A DNA stretch of 64,000 bases, from contig NW_018406484.1 in the NCBI RefSeq assembly GCF_002113885.1, positions 281,179-345,178 of the forward strand. Direction: 5' to 3'. The stretch comes from Mizuhopecten yessoensis (lineage: Eukaryota). Made by a program: the position numbers and the translations under genes. Shown one piece after another: positions 1 to 14,500 of the stretch; within the stretch, counting starts at the first letter, position 1; each line of letters begins with the position of its first letter. The notes below the pieces were generated by a model that ran no database searches, had not been told where the DNA came from, and worked only from the letters and a program-made list of their open reading frames with translations.

Positions 1-2173
1 GAAATGAACAAGTGTTGATTTGTGAAGAAAGAAAATAGAATGTGTTTCATGTATTGTGGGTTGTAGCTGGGGCAGCCCATCTCCAGACGACCCACGAATG
101 ATGCATGCATGCCTGGGTTATTAGATGTATATATATATAAAAAAGAAAAAAAATGATATACGTAGCCGAAAAGCCATCGCATTGGTTATTCCTTTGTTTA
201 AATCCAAAATATATATTGTGGAGTGATAACATCAGAAGCGTCTGGTGCAGTTTAACAATATTCATACATGTAAAAGCCTGAAAGTTTTAAAGTAATAAGA
301 GAGAAATATTCATTCAGCCCTCAGTAAGTATCGGATAAGGCTATTTAAAATCGTTTCCATTAGGTTGAGATTTGCTCATCTCGCCCCCGTGGGGGTAAAG
401 AGTCTATTAATCTTTCATGGGAGTTCCAAATGGGGTATGTAAGTTTTACGAGACACACACAGCCTTCGTGAGTGTTCAGCATGGAATACATCTTCTTTTT
501 ACCACATGTAAAGATGGCAAAACGTTGTTTATGACCGTCCTCAACTTATCAACGGCATGTCCCTGAAGTCTATGACGTAACATATACTGTCCTAATATTC
601 ACATCCTAATTGAAGTACCTATGACGTCGTTATCGTTCAGTCAAAATGCAAATTAACCACAGTATGACATTGTAACTATAAAACCCTTCAAAATGTAGAT
701 GACATTAATATTAGCTATGATCCATGGCCGACGTGTTGACGTTATAATTGACATTCCCTTGAAGATTGTTGTTCTCTTAATTATACAAGCATAAATGAAA
801 CATACGATTATTAAAACAAAATGCTGAATATGGAAGAAGAATATATTTGAGAAAAAATAACTTTAAAAAGGTTTTTGTATAAGCATTGAACTGGTGTCAG
901 TTTACATACATTTGCAATGTTTAACACGTGATAAAATAACATCATGGACATATTCATTGCAAAACAAAAGAGTGAAAAAGTGTTCAGCAGCTACAATCAG
1001 GCTGCCGTAGAGAGGCACGAGAGAATCGTGTCATTCTATAGGGGTCAAAGCTTGGTCAACCTTCAGATTCAGGTATTATGAGTTGGGAAACTTTCATTTT
1101 ATGTTCAGTCATGTTCAGTTACTTCTTATAATCTATATTGCATGTGTCTGAGGAAAGTCTAACTTCCACCCTCCACCCCTATATTTTAACACTGGTACAA
1201 AATAATAGCATTTTCGATGTACAGGCCTTATATAAACTTAATAAACAAATACGAAAGGACTTTTACTCGTGAATGTTACACTGTTCGGGTTTTTCTATCA
1301 TTCTATCAGTGTTATAGGGAAAAAGTCATGACGTGACGTCAAACTCAAATTAAGTGGGAAATGCACGAATGGTTTCCAATGGACGCATAACGCCTGAGGG
1401 AACTGGTAACCATAGCAAACACGATAGTGTTCCCGCCTAAATGTCTGCTTCGCCATTCGGTAAAACTGTGTTTAAAATTCGTCCTGGCAAAAAAAGTACT
1501 CAAAGAGGTGATTTGTTTCTGTTTTTAACGTTTATATAAAGATCAAATGCATCGTTTTAACAGTTCTAACATATTCCATGATGTTTATCTCTAGTGCACC
1601 CTGGGGAATATGTTTCAAAGTGTTATGATATTGCATAGCATCATTAATGTTTAAAAGCCATTTCAATCCTTAATAATTAAAAAAAATGCATTTAACAACG
1701 ATCGATAATGATGGAATATCACAACAAACTAGCGTCCTTGAAATAAAAAGTAGTGGAAGATTTTCTCAAAATCGGCAGCCATTTTCTGTGAAATGTATTT
1801 GAAATGAAGATCAGTAATGTCGTTTTCGTACAGGAGTTCGAAGAAGTTAAGGAAAAATACTAAAACCCTTTGTCAATTCATCGCTTTGTGTAAGGTAAAG
1901 AAGACATACTTCTATTTTTTGCAGCCATTGCAAGATTGCTGAACGTCAGCCTATTTGGTCGTTAACATAGACGTGGGTAAAGTGTGGGGTCAAGGAAGAC
2001 GTTTGGCGTTTGGATATCCCAAATACACAACAGTTGCTTCTTCGGGCCGATGTGTTGGTCAGTCACGATTCTTTTTACAGACTTACAATACTAATTTGAA
2101 TATGTGTTACTATCTGGTTACATAATTGACGAACAATAGGACACGAAAAGTCTATATATTATTTCCCCATCAG

Positions 2174-2242
2174 ACCTATCGCGGAGGGACACACTAGCAC
2201 GGAAAGAAAACCTATCGCGGAGGGACACACCAGCACGGAAAG
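2174..2242. repeat. Short tandem duplication (ACCTATCGCGGAGGGACACAC..GCACGGAAAG x2)
   Basis: Two adjacent near-identical copies. Confidence 0.85.
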
Positions 2243-2299
2243 CTACTGAATGAGACTAATTTCCCACGTGAATTACACGTCTGTGTTTGCACGACGCCA

Positions 2300-4745
2300 A
2301 AAGCTTAATTAACTGTAGCAATGTACGGTCCTGGAGTCGACCACTATTGTGTAAGACCAGCACTCTTGTGTTGACATATTTGTTTGTGTAACACATGATT
2401 GATAAAGTTGTGTACAACGATTGCTGTTGTGTTGTTGACGTTGTGTAGAACTTCATATAGTTATTTGTGTACAACTATTGCTGTTGTTTTGTTGTAGTTG
2501 TGTAGAACTTGATATATTTATTTTTGTACAGCTATTGCTGTTGTGTTGATGTAGTTGTGTAAAACTTCATATAGTTATTTGTGTAGAACTATGGCTAAAT
2601 ATGGCTATGGTTTTAACAAACTTGTTTTTGAGGAACAATTATTATTGTTTGATTCCTTCGTCTGTGTTTAGTACCGCTATTGTTTTTTTTATATGTTAAT
2701 TTGTGTTCTAAAACCATGTAGAACTATTGTTATTGTTTTTGAAATATTTGTATAGCACTTGATAACTCTGTTTGTGTAGAAGTTGATGTATTTGTTTGTG
2801 TAGAAGTTGATGGATTTGTTAGTGTAGAAGTTGATATATTTGTTTGTGCGGAAGTTGATGTATTTGTTAGTGTGGAGGTTGATGTATTTGTTTGTGTAGA
2901 AGTCGATGTATTTGTTTGTGTGGAAGTTGATGTCTTTGTTTGTGTAGAAGTTGATGTATTTATTTGTGTGGAAGTTGATGTATTTGTTTGGGTAGAAGTT
3001 GATATATTTGTTTGTGTGGAGGTTGATGTATTTGTTAGTGTGGAAGCTGATGTATTTGTTTGTGTAGAAGTTAATGTATTTGTAAGCTGTTTGGATACAA
3101 TATTAAATACATTTGTTATCCTTCATTTTGTATTCAAGGTTTCATCGTAGGTATTTCATTTTGGACTTTGTCAAAGGCGTTTGCCAATATCCAATATAAA
3201 AATGTCTATTATGGTATTGGTTGATGTATTTGTTTGTGTAGAAGTTGTTGTATTTGTTTGTGTGGAAGTTGATGTCTTTGTTTGTGTAGAAGTTGATGTA
3301 TGTGTTTGTGTAGAAGTTGATGTATTTATTTGTGTGGAAGTTGATGTATTTGTTTGCGTAGAAGTTGATGTATTTGTAAGCTGTTTGGATACAATATTAA
3401 ATACATTTGTTATCCTTCATTTTGTATTCAAGGTTTCATCGTAGGTATTTCATTTTGGACTTTGTCAAAGGCGTTTGCCAATATCCAATATAAAAATGTC
3501 TATTATGGTATTGGTTGATGTATTTGTTTGTGTAGAAGGTGATATATTTGTTTGTGTGGAAGTTGTTGTATTTGTTTGTGTAGAAGTTGATGTATGTGTT
3601 TGTGTAGAAGTTGATGTATTTGTAAGCGCTTTGGATCCAGTATTAAATACATTTGTTATCCTTTATTTTGTATTCAAGGTTTCATCGTAGTTATTTCATT
3701 TTGGACTTTGTCAAAGGCGTTTGCCAATATCCAATATAAAAATGTCTATTATGGTATTGGTTGATGTATTTGTTTGTGTAGAAGTCGATGTATTTGTTTG
3801 TGTAGAAGTTGTTGTATTTGTTTGTGTGGAAGTTGATGTGTTTGTTAGTGTGGAAGTTGATGTATTTGTTTGCGTAGAAGTTGATGTATTTGTAAGCTGT
3901 TTGGATACAGTATTAAATACATTTGTTATCCTTTATTTTGTATTCAAGGTTTCATCGTAGTTATTTCATTTTGGACTTTGTCAAAGGCGTTTGCCAATAT
4001 CCAATATAAAAATGTCTATTATGGTATTGGTTGATGTATTTGTTTGTGTAGAAGGTGATATATTTGTTTGTGTGGAAGTTGATGGATTTGTTTGTGTAGA
4101 AGTTGATATATTTGTTTGTCTGGAAGTTGATGTATTTGTTTGTGTGGCAGTTGATGTATTTGTCAGTGTGGAAGTTGATGTATTTGTTTGCGTAGAAGTT
4201 GATGTATTTGTAAGCTGTTTGGATACAATATTAAATACATTTGTTATCCTTCATTTTGTATTCAAGGTTTCATCGTAGTTATTTCATTTTGGACTTTGTC
4301 AAAGGCGTTTGCCAATATCCAATATAAAAATGTCTATTATGGTATTGGTTGATGTATTTGTTTGTGTAGAAGTCGATGTATTTGTTTGTGTGGAAGTTGG
4401 TGTATTTGTTAGTGTAGAAGTTGATGAATTTGTTTGTGTAGAAGTTGATGTATTTGTTTGTGGGGAAGTTGATGTATTTGTTAGTGTGGAAGTTGATGTA
4501 TTTGTTTGTGTAGAAGTTGATGTATTTGTAAGCTGTTTGGATACAGTATTAAATACATTTGTTATCCTTCATTTTGTATTCAAGGTTTCATCGTAGTTAT
4601 TTCATTTTGGACTTTGTCAAAGGCGTTTGCCAATATCCAATATAAAAATGTCTATTATGGTATTGGCAATTCTATTTTGTGCAATGTCATCATTGAATGT
4701 GGTATCACATTTCTACCGTGTTGAAGGCTGTAGATCTGCACGGTT
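2300..4745 (-). mobile_element. Heavily decayed non-LTR retrotransposon RT remnant underlying the compound repeat
   Basis: Minus-strand translation with frameshifts gives DLQ..F..GR.CDTTFNDDIAQN..NTIIDIFILD/ANAFDKV. This resembles the LINE RT segment QHGFR.GRSCETQL...D.....D...LDF.KAFDKV. A weak SG..QG-like trace lies near 2330. Confidence 0.5.
2380..4665. repeat. Compound tandem repeat: 24-bp subunit nested in six ~250-320-bp higher-order units
   Basis: Runs of GATGTATTTGTTTGTGTAGAAGTT alternate with a near-identical ~140-bp block starting near 3083, 3377, 3623, 3893, 4211 and 4529. Subunits degenerate toward 2380. Confidence 0.95.
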
Positions 4746-7169
4746 AGTATTCTTATTGAGCTATTACATCATTTTAAAGAATTACAATGATAAAAGAGGT
4801 CGGCACTGAGATTATGTTATATCCATTTGTGACGTCATAAATCGTGTCGCAATTACAAAAATATAATTCTGTGACATTTGTATACATATAAAAGCACGTT
4901 TTGTGTTAAATATATCTTTATACCTGTTTGTGTGTCAGTGGTTTGAACCGCCTACATACACGACGTAAATCCACGCATAACTGTGACGAGGTTTAATTAA
5001 TTTTCGGTCTCCAACAGCGCCGTACAGACTAATAATAACCAGGGACACTCCCTTCCACGAGATGGTGTAATGACGCATGTCTGTCTTAGGTGACTAAACT
5101 CAAGGCCATGAACCTAAGACCTACAGTCCATGTTGTCTTACTGTTGGAACTACAATCGATTGCTGTCATATCAACCGCATCTACAACGTGTTGTATTCTG
5201 CTGACGGTCATAATGTCAGTTGCTACAAAGTGTGACTTACAGTTTCCAAAAGAGAGCTTTAAATAAATATGAAATATTCAACCATTCTCAATAACTACGT
5301 GCGTTGCCTGAATTCATTAGTCAGTATGATACTGTTGAATATTGAAATCCCACGAAGCATAATGTTTGATTGAAGCGTATAAATGGCTCGGTTTTATAAT
5401 CTTGCGATACAAGTACCACACTTCTCGTCACATCAGGGTGTAGAACAGTTGGTTATAACAATGTGTACATGTACATTGGGGACACTGATATAAATCGATG
5501 AAATATTTATTAGAATAGATGGGGAGGAATTCGTTAGGTTTTTCTATAGAAGACTTGTGTATGAGAAGGCAGGGCCTGGCTAACTGTAATACACATTACT
5601 TATGGTAATGCCAAAAAATGGCATCCCTTTGATTTTAAAAGAGAATAAGTAGAAAGCGATATTGAGTTGTTTTTTTTATTGAAAACGGGGCGAAAAAACC
5701 CTTATTAATTCAAACCGAATGTATTCATATACATTACTTGTGTGCATTGAACTACAGCACCTAAGCTCTCTGTAACCTTATCCAATATCGGTATAATCAA
5801 TATTGTCCTCAATTGATGAACAGTTCACAGACCTCATCGATATTTCTATTTATTGAAATGTACATCTAAGATAATCAATGTATACATGTAGTTATACCAT
5901 TGTCAACCGCGTGGAGTCAATTCTGTAAGTCTGTCCCTTAACACGGAGCCAGATATGTATACACAAGATATACTAATTACAGCTTTAACTTGTGTGTAAC
6001 TCTCGTAGATTATTGATAACAGAAATCAATAATAAGTAATACCTAGCAGAGCATGTATTTTAGTACAATATAGAAGTTGAATTAGTAATCAATAATAAAC
6101 CAGGGTTATCGCCCCTGACGTTAATATGGCGGATTTGTGGTAATTACAACCGATTTGGTGACAAGTTATTGACCGTAACAAGTACATGTATATTGAATTA
6201 TCTGATCCATACAGCGTCCACGCGTGAGTGAGTGAAATATAATGACTGTTTTATCTTTATTAATAAAAAAAACCCAAGAGTATTCCAATATTGAATGTCC
6301 CCAATAGATGAGTTGACACAAACTTGTAGTCTCCTATAGAACCTGAGTAGACACAAACCTGTTACAGTAGTGGGGCTAGGTACAGTTTGAAATGTGCTTT
6401 ATATGATTGGATTCTTTTCACGGAAGCCTCACGTTTTTTAAAGAAGCTTCGTATTTCAGCGCTGTTTTCTAACGATATTCCATACAAACATTAAATACAA
6501 ACTTTGCAAAGGCATCCTGTCGGAGGATGCTTACAAAGTACATCACGTTTGTTTTAAATTGATTAAAATTTGTTGAAACCATGAAACGCAGCATATTGTG
6601 AAACCTTACAATGGACGCTGTGTTGTCATGTGACCAAGAGAGAAAGACCAATCAAAACTGGAATTAATCTTCTTAATCAAATGGTTTTACCATGATCTAA
6701 TTTTCTTCGAGGATACACACACTAAAAATTACCACACCGGAAAAATATATTACAAAAATACCCAACAAATGTTAATGATCTCATAGGTTTATAAATACCC
6801 ACTCACATCAGTCCTGACGTTTAAATGCCAAGTAAAACAACTTGATACAAAGAGTTTAAAAAACAAATCTCTGTACTTCGTTGTATCTGAATATCTGTAT
6901 AATACCGGAATTATATTAAATGCATTGTTATGAGTGGTCAACGTTGAACACATTCTTTCCCTTTATGATTTGTTTTTAATTGGGATGTCTGCACTTGTTA
7001 ACTGCCAATATGCATGGAGCAGTCACCAATGCCCAATTAAAAGCTCTGCCCAGGGAAATATTAAGTGTAGCTGTAAGCTGCAAAGATTCGTTTTATAACA
7101 AATATTTAGAGGTAAGCAACACCATTTTAAGCGATAAAATATATGAGTAGGGAGCAGCTGATGACAAGA

Positions 7170-7320
7170 ATATCTATTTTTAGATGACCTCTTACAGTGT
7201 TTTCTTCGACCCCCATCCCTCCATCGATTGTTTAGGGAACCCCATACAGTTTGTTCTCAGGTCAATAGATTGTTTTTTCGACCCTCCCCCGACCGACCTC
7301 AATCGATTTTTTAAATTACC
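7170..7320 (+). repeat. Dispersed repeat fragment also found at ~9790-9860 (probable DNA-transposon remnant)
   Basis: Shared motifs TCAGGTCAATAGAT, TTTTTAGATGAC and TTTTTCGACCCTCCC occur at both loci. Confidence 0.5.
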
Positions 7321-9351
7321 TTCATTATGCTTGTATCTAAATGACCCATATTTTCCTTGCAAAACTAGATGGGCATATGATAGCGTAGTGATTGTCGATA
7401 TTTAATAAATAAATGATAAGCTGTTTGTCACACAGTGCCATCAGCGTTTGTCGTTGCACCACTGTTCTCATCGCTCGCTCGTAGATAACAAACCGACTGG
7501 CTACAGGACTTTGACTAATGTTATGAGAACATTGTTGGAACTTTCAAACACAATGGTTAAATACAGGATAGGAAAATCTAAAGATAATTGACATTGTCCC
7601 GATAGTAATATACAAAATGGCGGGATAGTCCCGATGGGTTAAATGAGCTTGATTCGATGGAACCACATAGAAATGACTTGATTTTCTGCTCCCATCAACA
7701 ACAGCTGTGAGGTATTTTTTGTGGTATGATACAGAAGACTCTTCTTTACTAAATTATTTATCCAAAGAGGTGACTTAATTGAAAATATAAACGATTGTTA
7801 TGATCAAGTTTGACCTAACTTAGGGTAGAACACAATTATATGTACAAGGGGACAAGTAAAGGTGTTAAATATGAAATACAAATACAACTTTAATGTAGAA
7901 ATGTAAATTTTAAATATATATCAAATACATGATGTACACATGGTATTGCTGCGCTAACTTCCGACAAAAACATGAATGGAAAAAATCAATTTCGTAATTA
8001 ATTCATGGCTGACCATCTGATACGGATGAATAATTCAGCGAACTTTCGTGGTTATTTGCATTAAATACATAACCATATGTAAGGAGGGAACGACAACGTT
8101 TATTTTGTATTCATAATGAACAAGCATAACCTGTACATAACAACCGTAGGACAATGATTCGTGTCATGACATATACTGTCGTTTATTGCAATTACCGTCA
8201 TATTCTAAATAACTTTCCACGTCATATTTTTGCGTTACAACTGTCAATATAATACAAAGAAACAAAATATTTAGCTGCTTTAATGTTTTTGTTCTTTTAC
8301 ATTATTTGGCAAAAAGCGTTGAAATATTATTACAACGAAACAAGAATATATTAGGCATACGGTATATACAGAGAACCTTACTGTAGCTACACTACAGGCA
8401 ATACGCCATCCAATAAATGTATACCGGGTAGGCTCCCCACTACACCTAAATCACCAGTTTACGACCGAATATTTATATAACATATACAGCTGTTTAAAGT
8501 CAATAACAGCAGTCATGTATACGACTTTTTGATAGAGTGAAAAAACTATTGTATCTTGGGAGAACTCGTAATATAAAATATAATTTTCTTCATAATCGTG
8601 AGTAGAATTGAAACTAGAGTAAAATGTGTAAGAGTGAACATTGATTCAGTTATAGACGTGACGATGATAAGTATCCCTGTCGAACTATATGTCACAACAA
8701 ACCAGAATACTTACTGCTTCCGTCAACGGCTGCCTGTCGTATCATGTGTTTTCTCTCCACCATTTTTAGTCACTTCTGGATAAATTGAAAAAACGAAAAA
8801 AATCCAATAAAAATCCGAAAGTTTTGACTATACAAATAATTAATATCTGAATGTTCTTCACATTTTGGTTTTAGTTCCAAAGCAGCGATCCTTGTCTCGT
8901 TTACCTCTGGATCCACACACAAAGGTCTACCGTTCCTACGTAGAACCTGGTTTCAACTGACATCAAAACAAGACATACACGGTACCGAAGAGCAACACTG
9001 CTTCTGAGAAAAAATCGATCGATATAATGCCTGTTACACGCATGCGCCAGTTTTCAGAGTATGTGATCGATGTATTTGGAAACATCGGAGTTTACCACTT
9101 GTGCATTGGAGCTGAAACCGTCAGGCTCGCTCCATTGTTTCTGTGGAGACTGGTACGGTAAAACAACTCTACTGACAAGGGACCGGCGACATTGTCATGG
9201 CAGGAAATCATCGCAGATTTGTTTTTATTTGTGTACACATTTAAAAAAAATCCAATTTGGTATGAGGCAGATTCCAACAAATGAAGCTTTAGAGAGAAAT
9301 GATCACTGGAGCAATATTAACGTGTCAGTGAGGTTTTGGATTGACAGAATC

Positions 9352-9495
9352 ACAAGGACTTCATAATTTGTTACATGTCAACTATGTTTTGACTTAAACT
9401 GATGTGCTCAGTGTAATATTAGACAAGGACTTCATAATTTGTTACATGTCAACTATGTTTTGACTTAAACTGATGTGCTCAGTGTAATATTAGAC
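9352..9495. repeat. Perfect 71-bp tandem duplication
   Basis: ACAAGGACTTCATAATTTG...GTAATATTAG begins at 9352 and again at 9423. Confidence 0.95.
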
Positions 9496-11524
9496 GTTTT
9501 GGGAGTTAAGACCGACTTTCTGTAAACAATGCTATCCGCAATGAGGGTATACACGAGAAAGAAGGAAAAGAGCAACCCTACCTAACTTCCTCTCACAAAC
9601 ATCACATGTCTAGCGGATGTACAAAAAGGCTTGGTACCATTGAAAAGATAGATAATTTTTCTTTCACAAATCTATATCCGGATAGAACGTAACCTCGTTC
9701 AGCGGACATGCCCTCAGTTTCCTCCTAAACACACGTCATTTCGATGTCAATTTTTTCCCAGTCATATTGCCATTTTTGCTTATTTCACGAGGTTGTTTTC
9801 AGGTCAATAGATCGTTTTTTAGATGACTCCAAAAGTTTGTTTTTTCGACCCTCCCTACCGCCCACAATCGCGACGACCTCCATCTCGTTGCCAGATAATT
9901 TCGCGAATCGAAGGGAATTTTCAGGAACAGCACGTGAACCCGATACAGATCAGCACGTCTGGGACCTTTCGGATGCGCACCTTACTGCAAACACAGAAAA
10001 TGTGTTTTTTTGTTTTGTTTCTAGAGTGTTCAGTAACGTTATTATTGTGACCTGCTTCCTCTGCCGATCCTGTTAGCGATGTTTATGGCTATATATATTT
10101 GTGAGGACATGTTTCTGTGTGAACCCAACACTAATGAAAACGGCGTTGTAAACAATTACTGACTTTCCATTGAGGTTTACTCACAAAGAAACCAAAATAT
10201 ATGACGTATTGGTTGGAAATATTTTCTTGCTATCAAGGGCATATTAACAAGAATAATTTCCGGTTTTACTAGAAACTGTGACCAAGATCAATATAAACGT
10301 GTTAACTATGTAAAGGGAAGCAAACAGTCCTCGCTCACAGACCCTTTTATATCAAACTGGGATGTGCTCTCCCAACTAATCTATACTGACCTTGATCTTT
10401 ATAGCTAGACACACACACCATGGATGAAATCTGACAAGGGACCATAACGCATGCACAGACGTTGATACAACGTCGCTATCGTTACCAAGGGAAATATTAT
10501 TGATGAATTATTGATGATATTAGCTCCATTTACACTGCTGCACCGCCATGGTTGTTGCATTGGCATATACATATGGATATTTAATCATACATGTCCCGTC
10601 CCCTGTCACCATGGTACGTCCAAGCCGTGGTATCTAGGCTAAGCCAATTCATGAAATAGAATCAAATAGCCAATACGTTAACACAAGGGAAAATATATAA
10701 ATATGGAATATAACAGGGTATTGTAACATATATCATTATAACAATGGTCCATTATGTCCTAGTCTTGTTATATATAGCTCATACTTACTATATTAAGATA
10801 CAGTGTTACGTACCAAGGCCTGTTCAGGGTATAACCGCACCATTATCTTACTATATGATATATGTACATGTGGTTCGAGTTAGTTAGAAATAAAAACGTA
10901 CATGCACAATTAATTTTGTAATTTGTTAAGGCATTCGTTGCTTTGAAAATAAAATGTGTTTTAAACTAAATGCAAAATAAACATGACTGAATATGCATAT
11001 CTCTTCACATGCAATCCCTGGTAGTCAATAAAAACGCACACATCGTGAATATTGATGAAATATGATGTGCTAAGGGCGATAACTCACAATGACTGACTCA
11101 AGCAAAATAAAGTTTTCAAAGCCCTCCATTTTAAGTACATATAATCAATGTTGATTGTTTTATTTATTTTTATCAGAAAGGTTTTGAAGTATGACAAATT
11201 AGTTCCATTGTATATATACTTTGCTATGGACCTTAACACCTATGTTAACTAAATATATATATATATATAATGAGATATTGTCCTCAGGTTATCTCCTCTA
11301 TTGAATATTTATACGATCTGTATAAGCAAATAGACCGCTACATCCTACACTATCAATAATATTATCAGGCTGAGTGGATAATCGTTTTGTTTCTAGCGCT
11401 CTCTGATAGGATGCGATATTTTGTTTGTTAACAGTGCAGTAGAACGTGTCGACTTACAAACATCAAGGAATACTTATACAAGTATGACGTTATTTTTGTA
11501 TTATACTTTCGTCAATAAAAAACT

Positions 11525-14500
11525 ATGTTACTCAAGGAGAACACTAAATTCTGTATTGATGAGACTCGTCTGACCTCTGTTACACACAGACATGTGTTAC
11601 TCAAGGAGAACACTAATTCTGTATTGATGAGACTAACCTGACCTCTAGTACACACAGACATGTGTTATTTAAGGAGAACACTAACTTCTGTATTGATGAG
11701 ACTAACCTGACCTCTGTTACACACAGACATGTGTTATTTAAGGAGAACACTAACTTCTGTATTGATGAGACTAGTCTGACCTCTGTTACACACAGACATG
11801 TGTTATTTAAGGAGAACACTAACTTCTGTATTGATGAGACTAGCCTGACCTCTGTTACACACAGACATGTGTTATTTAAGGAGAACACTAACTTCTGTAT
11901 TGATGAGACTAGTCTGACCTCTGTTACACACAGACATGTGTTATTTAAGGAGAACACTAACTTCTGTATTGATGAGACTAGCCTGACCTCTGTTACACAC
12001 AGACATGTGTTATTTAAGGAGAACACTAACTTCTGTATTGATGAGACTAGTCTGACCTCTGTTACACACAGACATGTGTTATTTAAGGAGAACACTAACT
12101 TCTGTATTGATGAGACTAGCCTGACCTCTGTTACACACAGACATGTGTTATTTAAGGAGAACACTAACTTCTGTATTGATGAGACTAGTCTGACCTCTGT
12201 TACACACAGACATGTGTTATTTAAGGAGAACACTAACTTCTGTATTGATGAGACTAGCCTGACCTCTGTTACACACAGACATGTGTTATTTAAGGAGAAC
12301 ACTAACTTCTGTATTGATGAGACTAGTCTGACCTCTGTTACACACAGACATGTGTTATTTAAGGAGAACACTAACTTCTGTATTGATGAGACTAGCCTGA
12401 CCTCTGTTACACACAGACATGTGTTATTTAAGGAGAACACTAACTTCTGTATTGATGAGACTAGTCTGACCTCTGTTACACACAGACATGTGTTATTTAA
12501 GGAGAACACTAACTTCTGTATTGATGAGACTAGCCTGACCTCTGTTACACACAGACATGTGTTATTTAAGGAGAACACTAACTTCTGTATTGATGAGACT
12601 AGTCTGACCTCTGTTACACACAGACATGTGTTATTTAAGGAGAACACTAACTTCTGTATTGATGAGACTAGCCTGACCTCTGTTACACACAGACATGTGT
12701 TATTTAAGGAGAACACTAACTTCTGTATTGATGAGACTAGTCTGACCTCTGTTACACACAGACATGTGTTATTTAAGGAGAACACTAACTTCTGTATTGA
12801 TGAGACTAGCCTGACCTCTGTTACACACAGACATGTGTTATTTAAGGAGAACACTAACTTCTGTATTGATGAGACTAGTCTGACCTCTGTTACACACAGA
12901 CATGTGTTATTTAAGGAGAACACTAACTTCTGTATTGATGAGACTAGCCTGACCTCTGTTACACACAGACATGTGTTATTTAAGGAGAACACTAACTTCT
13001 GTATTGATGAGACTAGTCTGACCTCTGTTACACACAGACATGTGTTATTTAAGGAGAACACTAACTTCTGTATTGATGAGACTAGCCTGACCTCTGTTAC
13101 ACACAGACATGTGTTATTTAAGGAGAACACTAACTTCTGTATTGATGAGACTAGTCTGACCTCTGTTACACACAGACATGTGTTATTTAAGGAGAACACT
13201 AACTTCTGTATTGATGAGACTAGCCTGACCTCTGTTACACACAGACATGTGTTATTTAAGGAGAACACTAACTTCTGTATTGATGAGACTAGTCTGACCT
13301 CTGTTACACACAGACATGTGTTATTTAAGGAGAACACTAACTTCTGTATTGATGAGACTAGCCTGACCTCTGTTACACACAGACATGTGTTATTTAAGGA
13401 GAACACTAACTTCTGTATTGATGAGACTAGCCTGACCTCTGTTACACACAGACATGTGTTATTTAAGGAGAACACTAACTTCTGTATTGATGAGACTAGT
13501 CTGACCTCTGTTACACACAGACATGTGTTATTTAAGGAGAACACTAACTTCTGTATTGATGAGACTAGCCTGACCTCTGTTACACACAGACATGTGTTAT
13601 TTAAGGAGAACACTAACTTCTGTATTGATGAGACTAGTCTGACCTCTGTTACACACAGACATGTGTTATTTAAGGAGAACACTAACTTCTGTATTGATGA
13701 GACTAGCCTGACCTCTGTTACACACAGACATGTGTTATTTAAGGAGAACACTAACTTCTGTATTGATGAGACTAGTCTGACCTCTGTTACACACAGACAT
13801 GTGTTATTTAAGGAGAACACTAACTTCTGTATTGATGAGACTAGCCTGACCTCTGTTACACACAGACATGTGTTATTTAAGGAGAACACTAACTTCTGTA
13901 TTGATGAGACTAGTCTGACCTCTGTTACACACAGACATGTGTTATTTAAGGAGAACACTAACTTCTGTATTGATGAGACTAGCCTGACCTCTGTTACACA
14001 CAGACATGTGTTATTTAAGGAGAACACTAACTTCTGTATTGATGAGACTAGTCTGACCTCTGTTACACACAGACATGTGTTATTTAAGGAGAACACTAAC
14101 TTCTGTATTGATGAGACTAGCCTGACCTCTGTTACACACAGACATGTGTTATTTAAGGAGAACACTAACTTCTGTATTGATGAGACTAGTCTGACCTCTG
14201 TTACACACAGACATGTGTTATTTAAGGAGAACACTAACTTCTGTATTGATGAGACTAGCCTGACCTCTGTTACACACAGACATGTGTTATTTAAGGAGAA
14301 CACTAACTTCTGTATTGATGAGACTAGTCTGACCTCTGTTACACACAGACATGTGTTATTTAAGGAGAACACTAACTTCTGTATTGATGAGACTAGCCTG
14401 ACCTCTGTTACACACAGACATGTGTTATTTAAGGAGAACACTAACTTCTGTATTGATGAGACTAGTCTGACCTCTGTTACACACAGACATGTGTTATTTA

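Noticed and set aside
944-1081. 45-codon ORF (MDIFIAKQ...) with a possible CAG|GTATT donor
   Set aside because: No recognisable homology and no partner exons found.
2872-4809. VEVDVFVC-repeat ORFs and minus-strand TSTQTNTS mucin-like frame
   Set aside because: These are translations of the 24-bp repeat, interrupted by stops in every higher-order unit.
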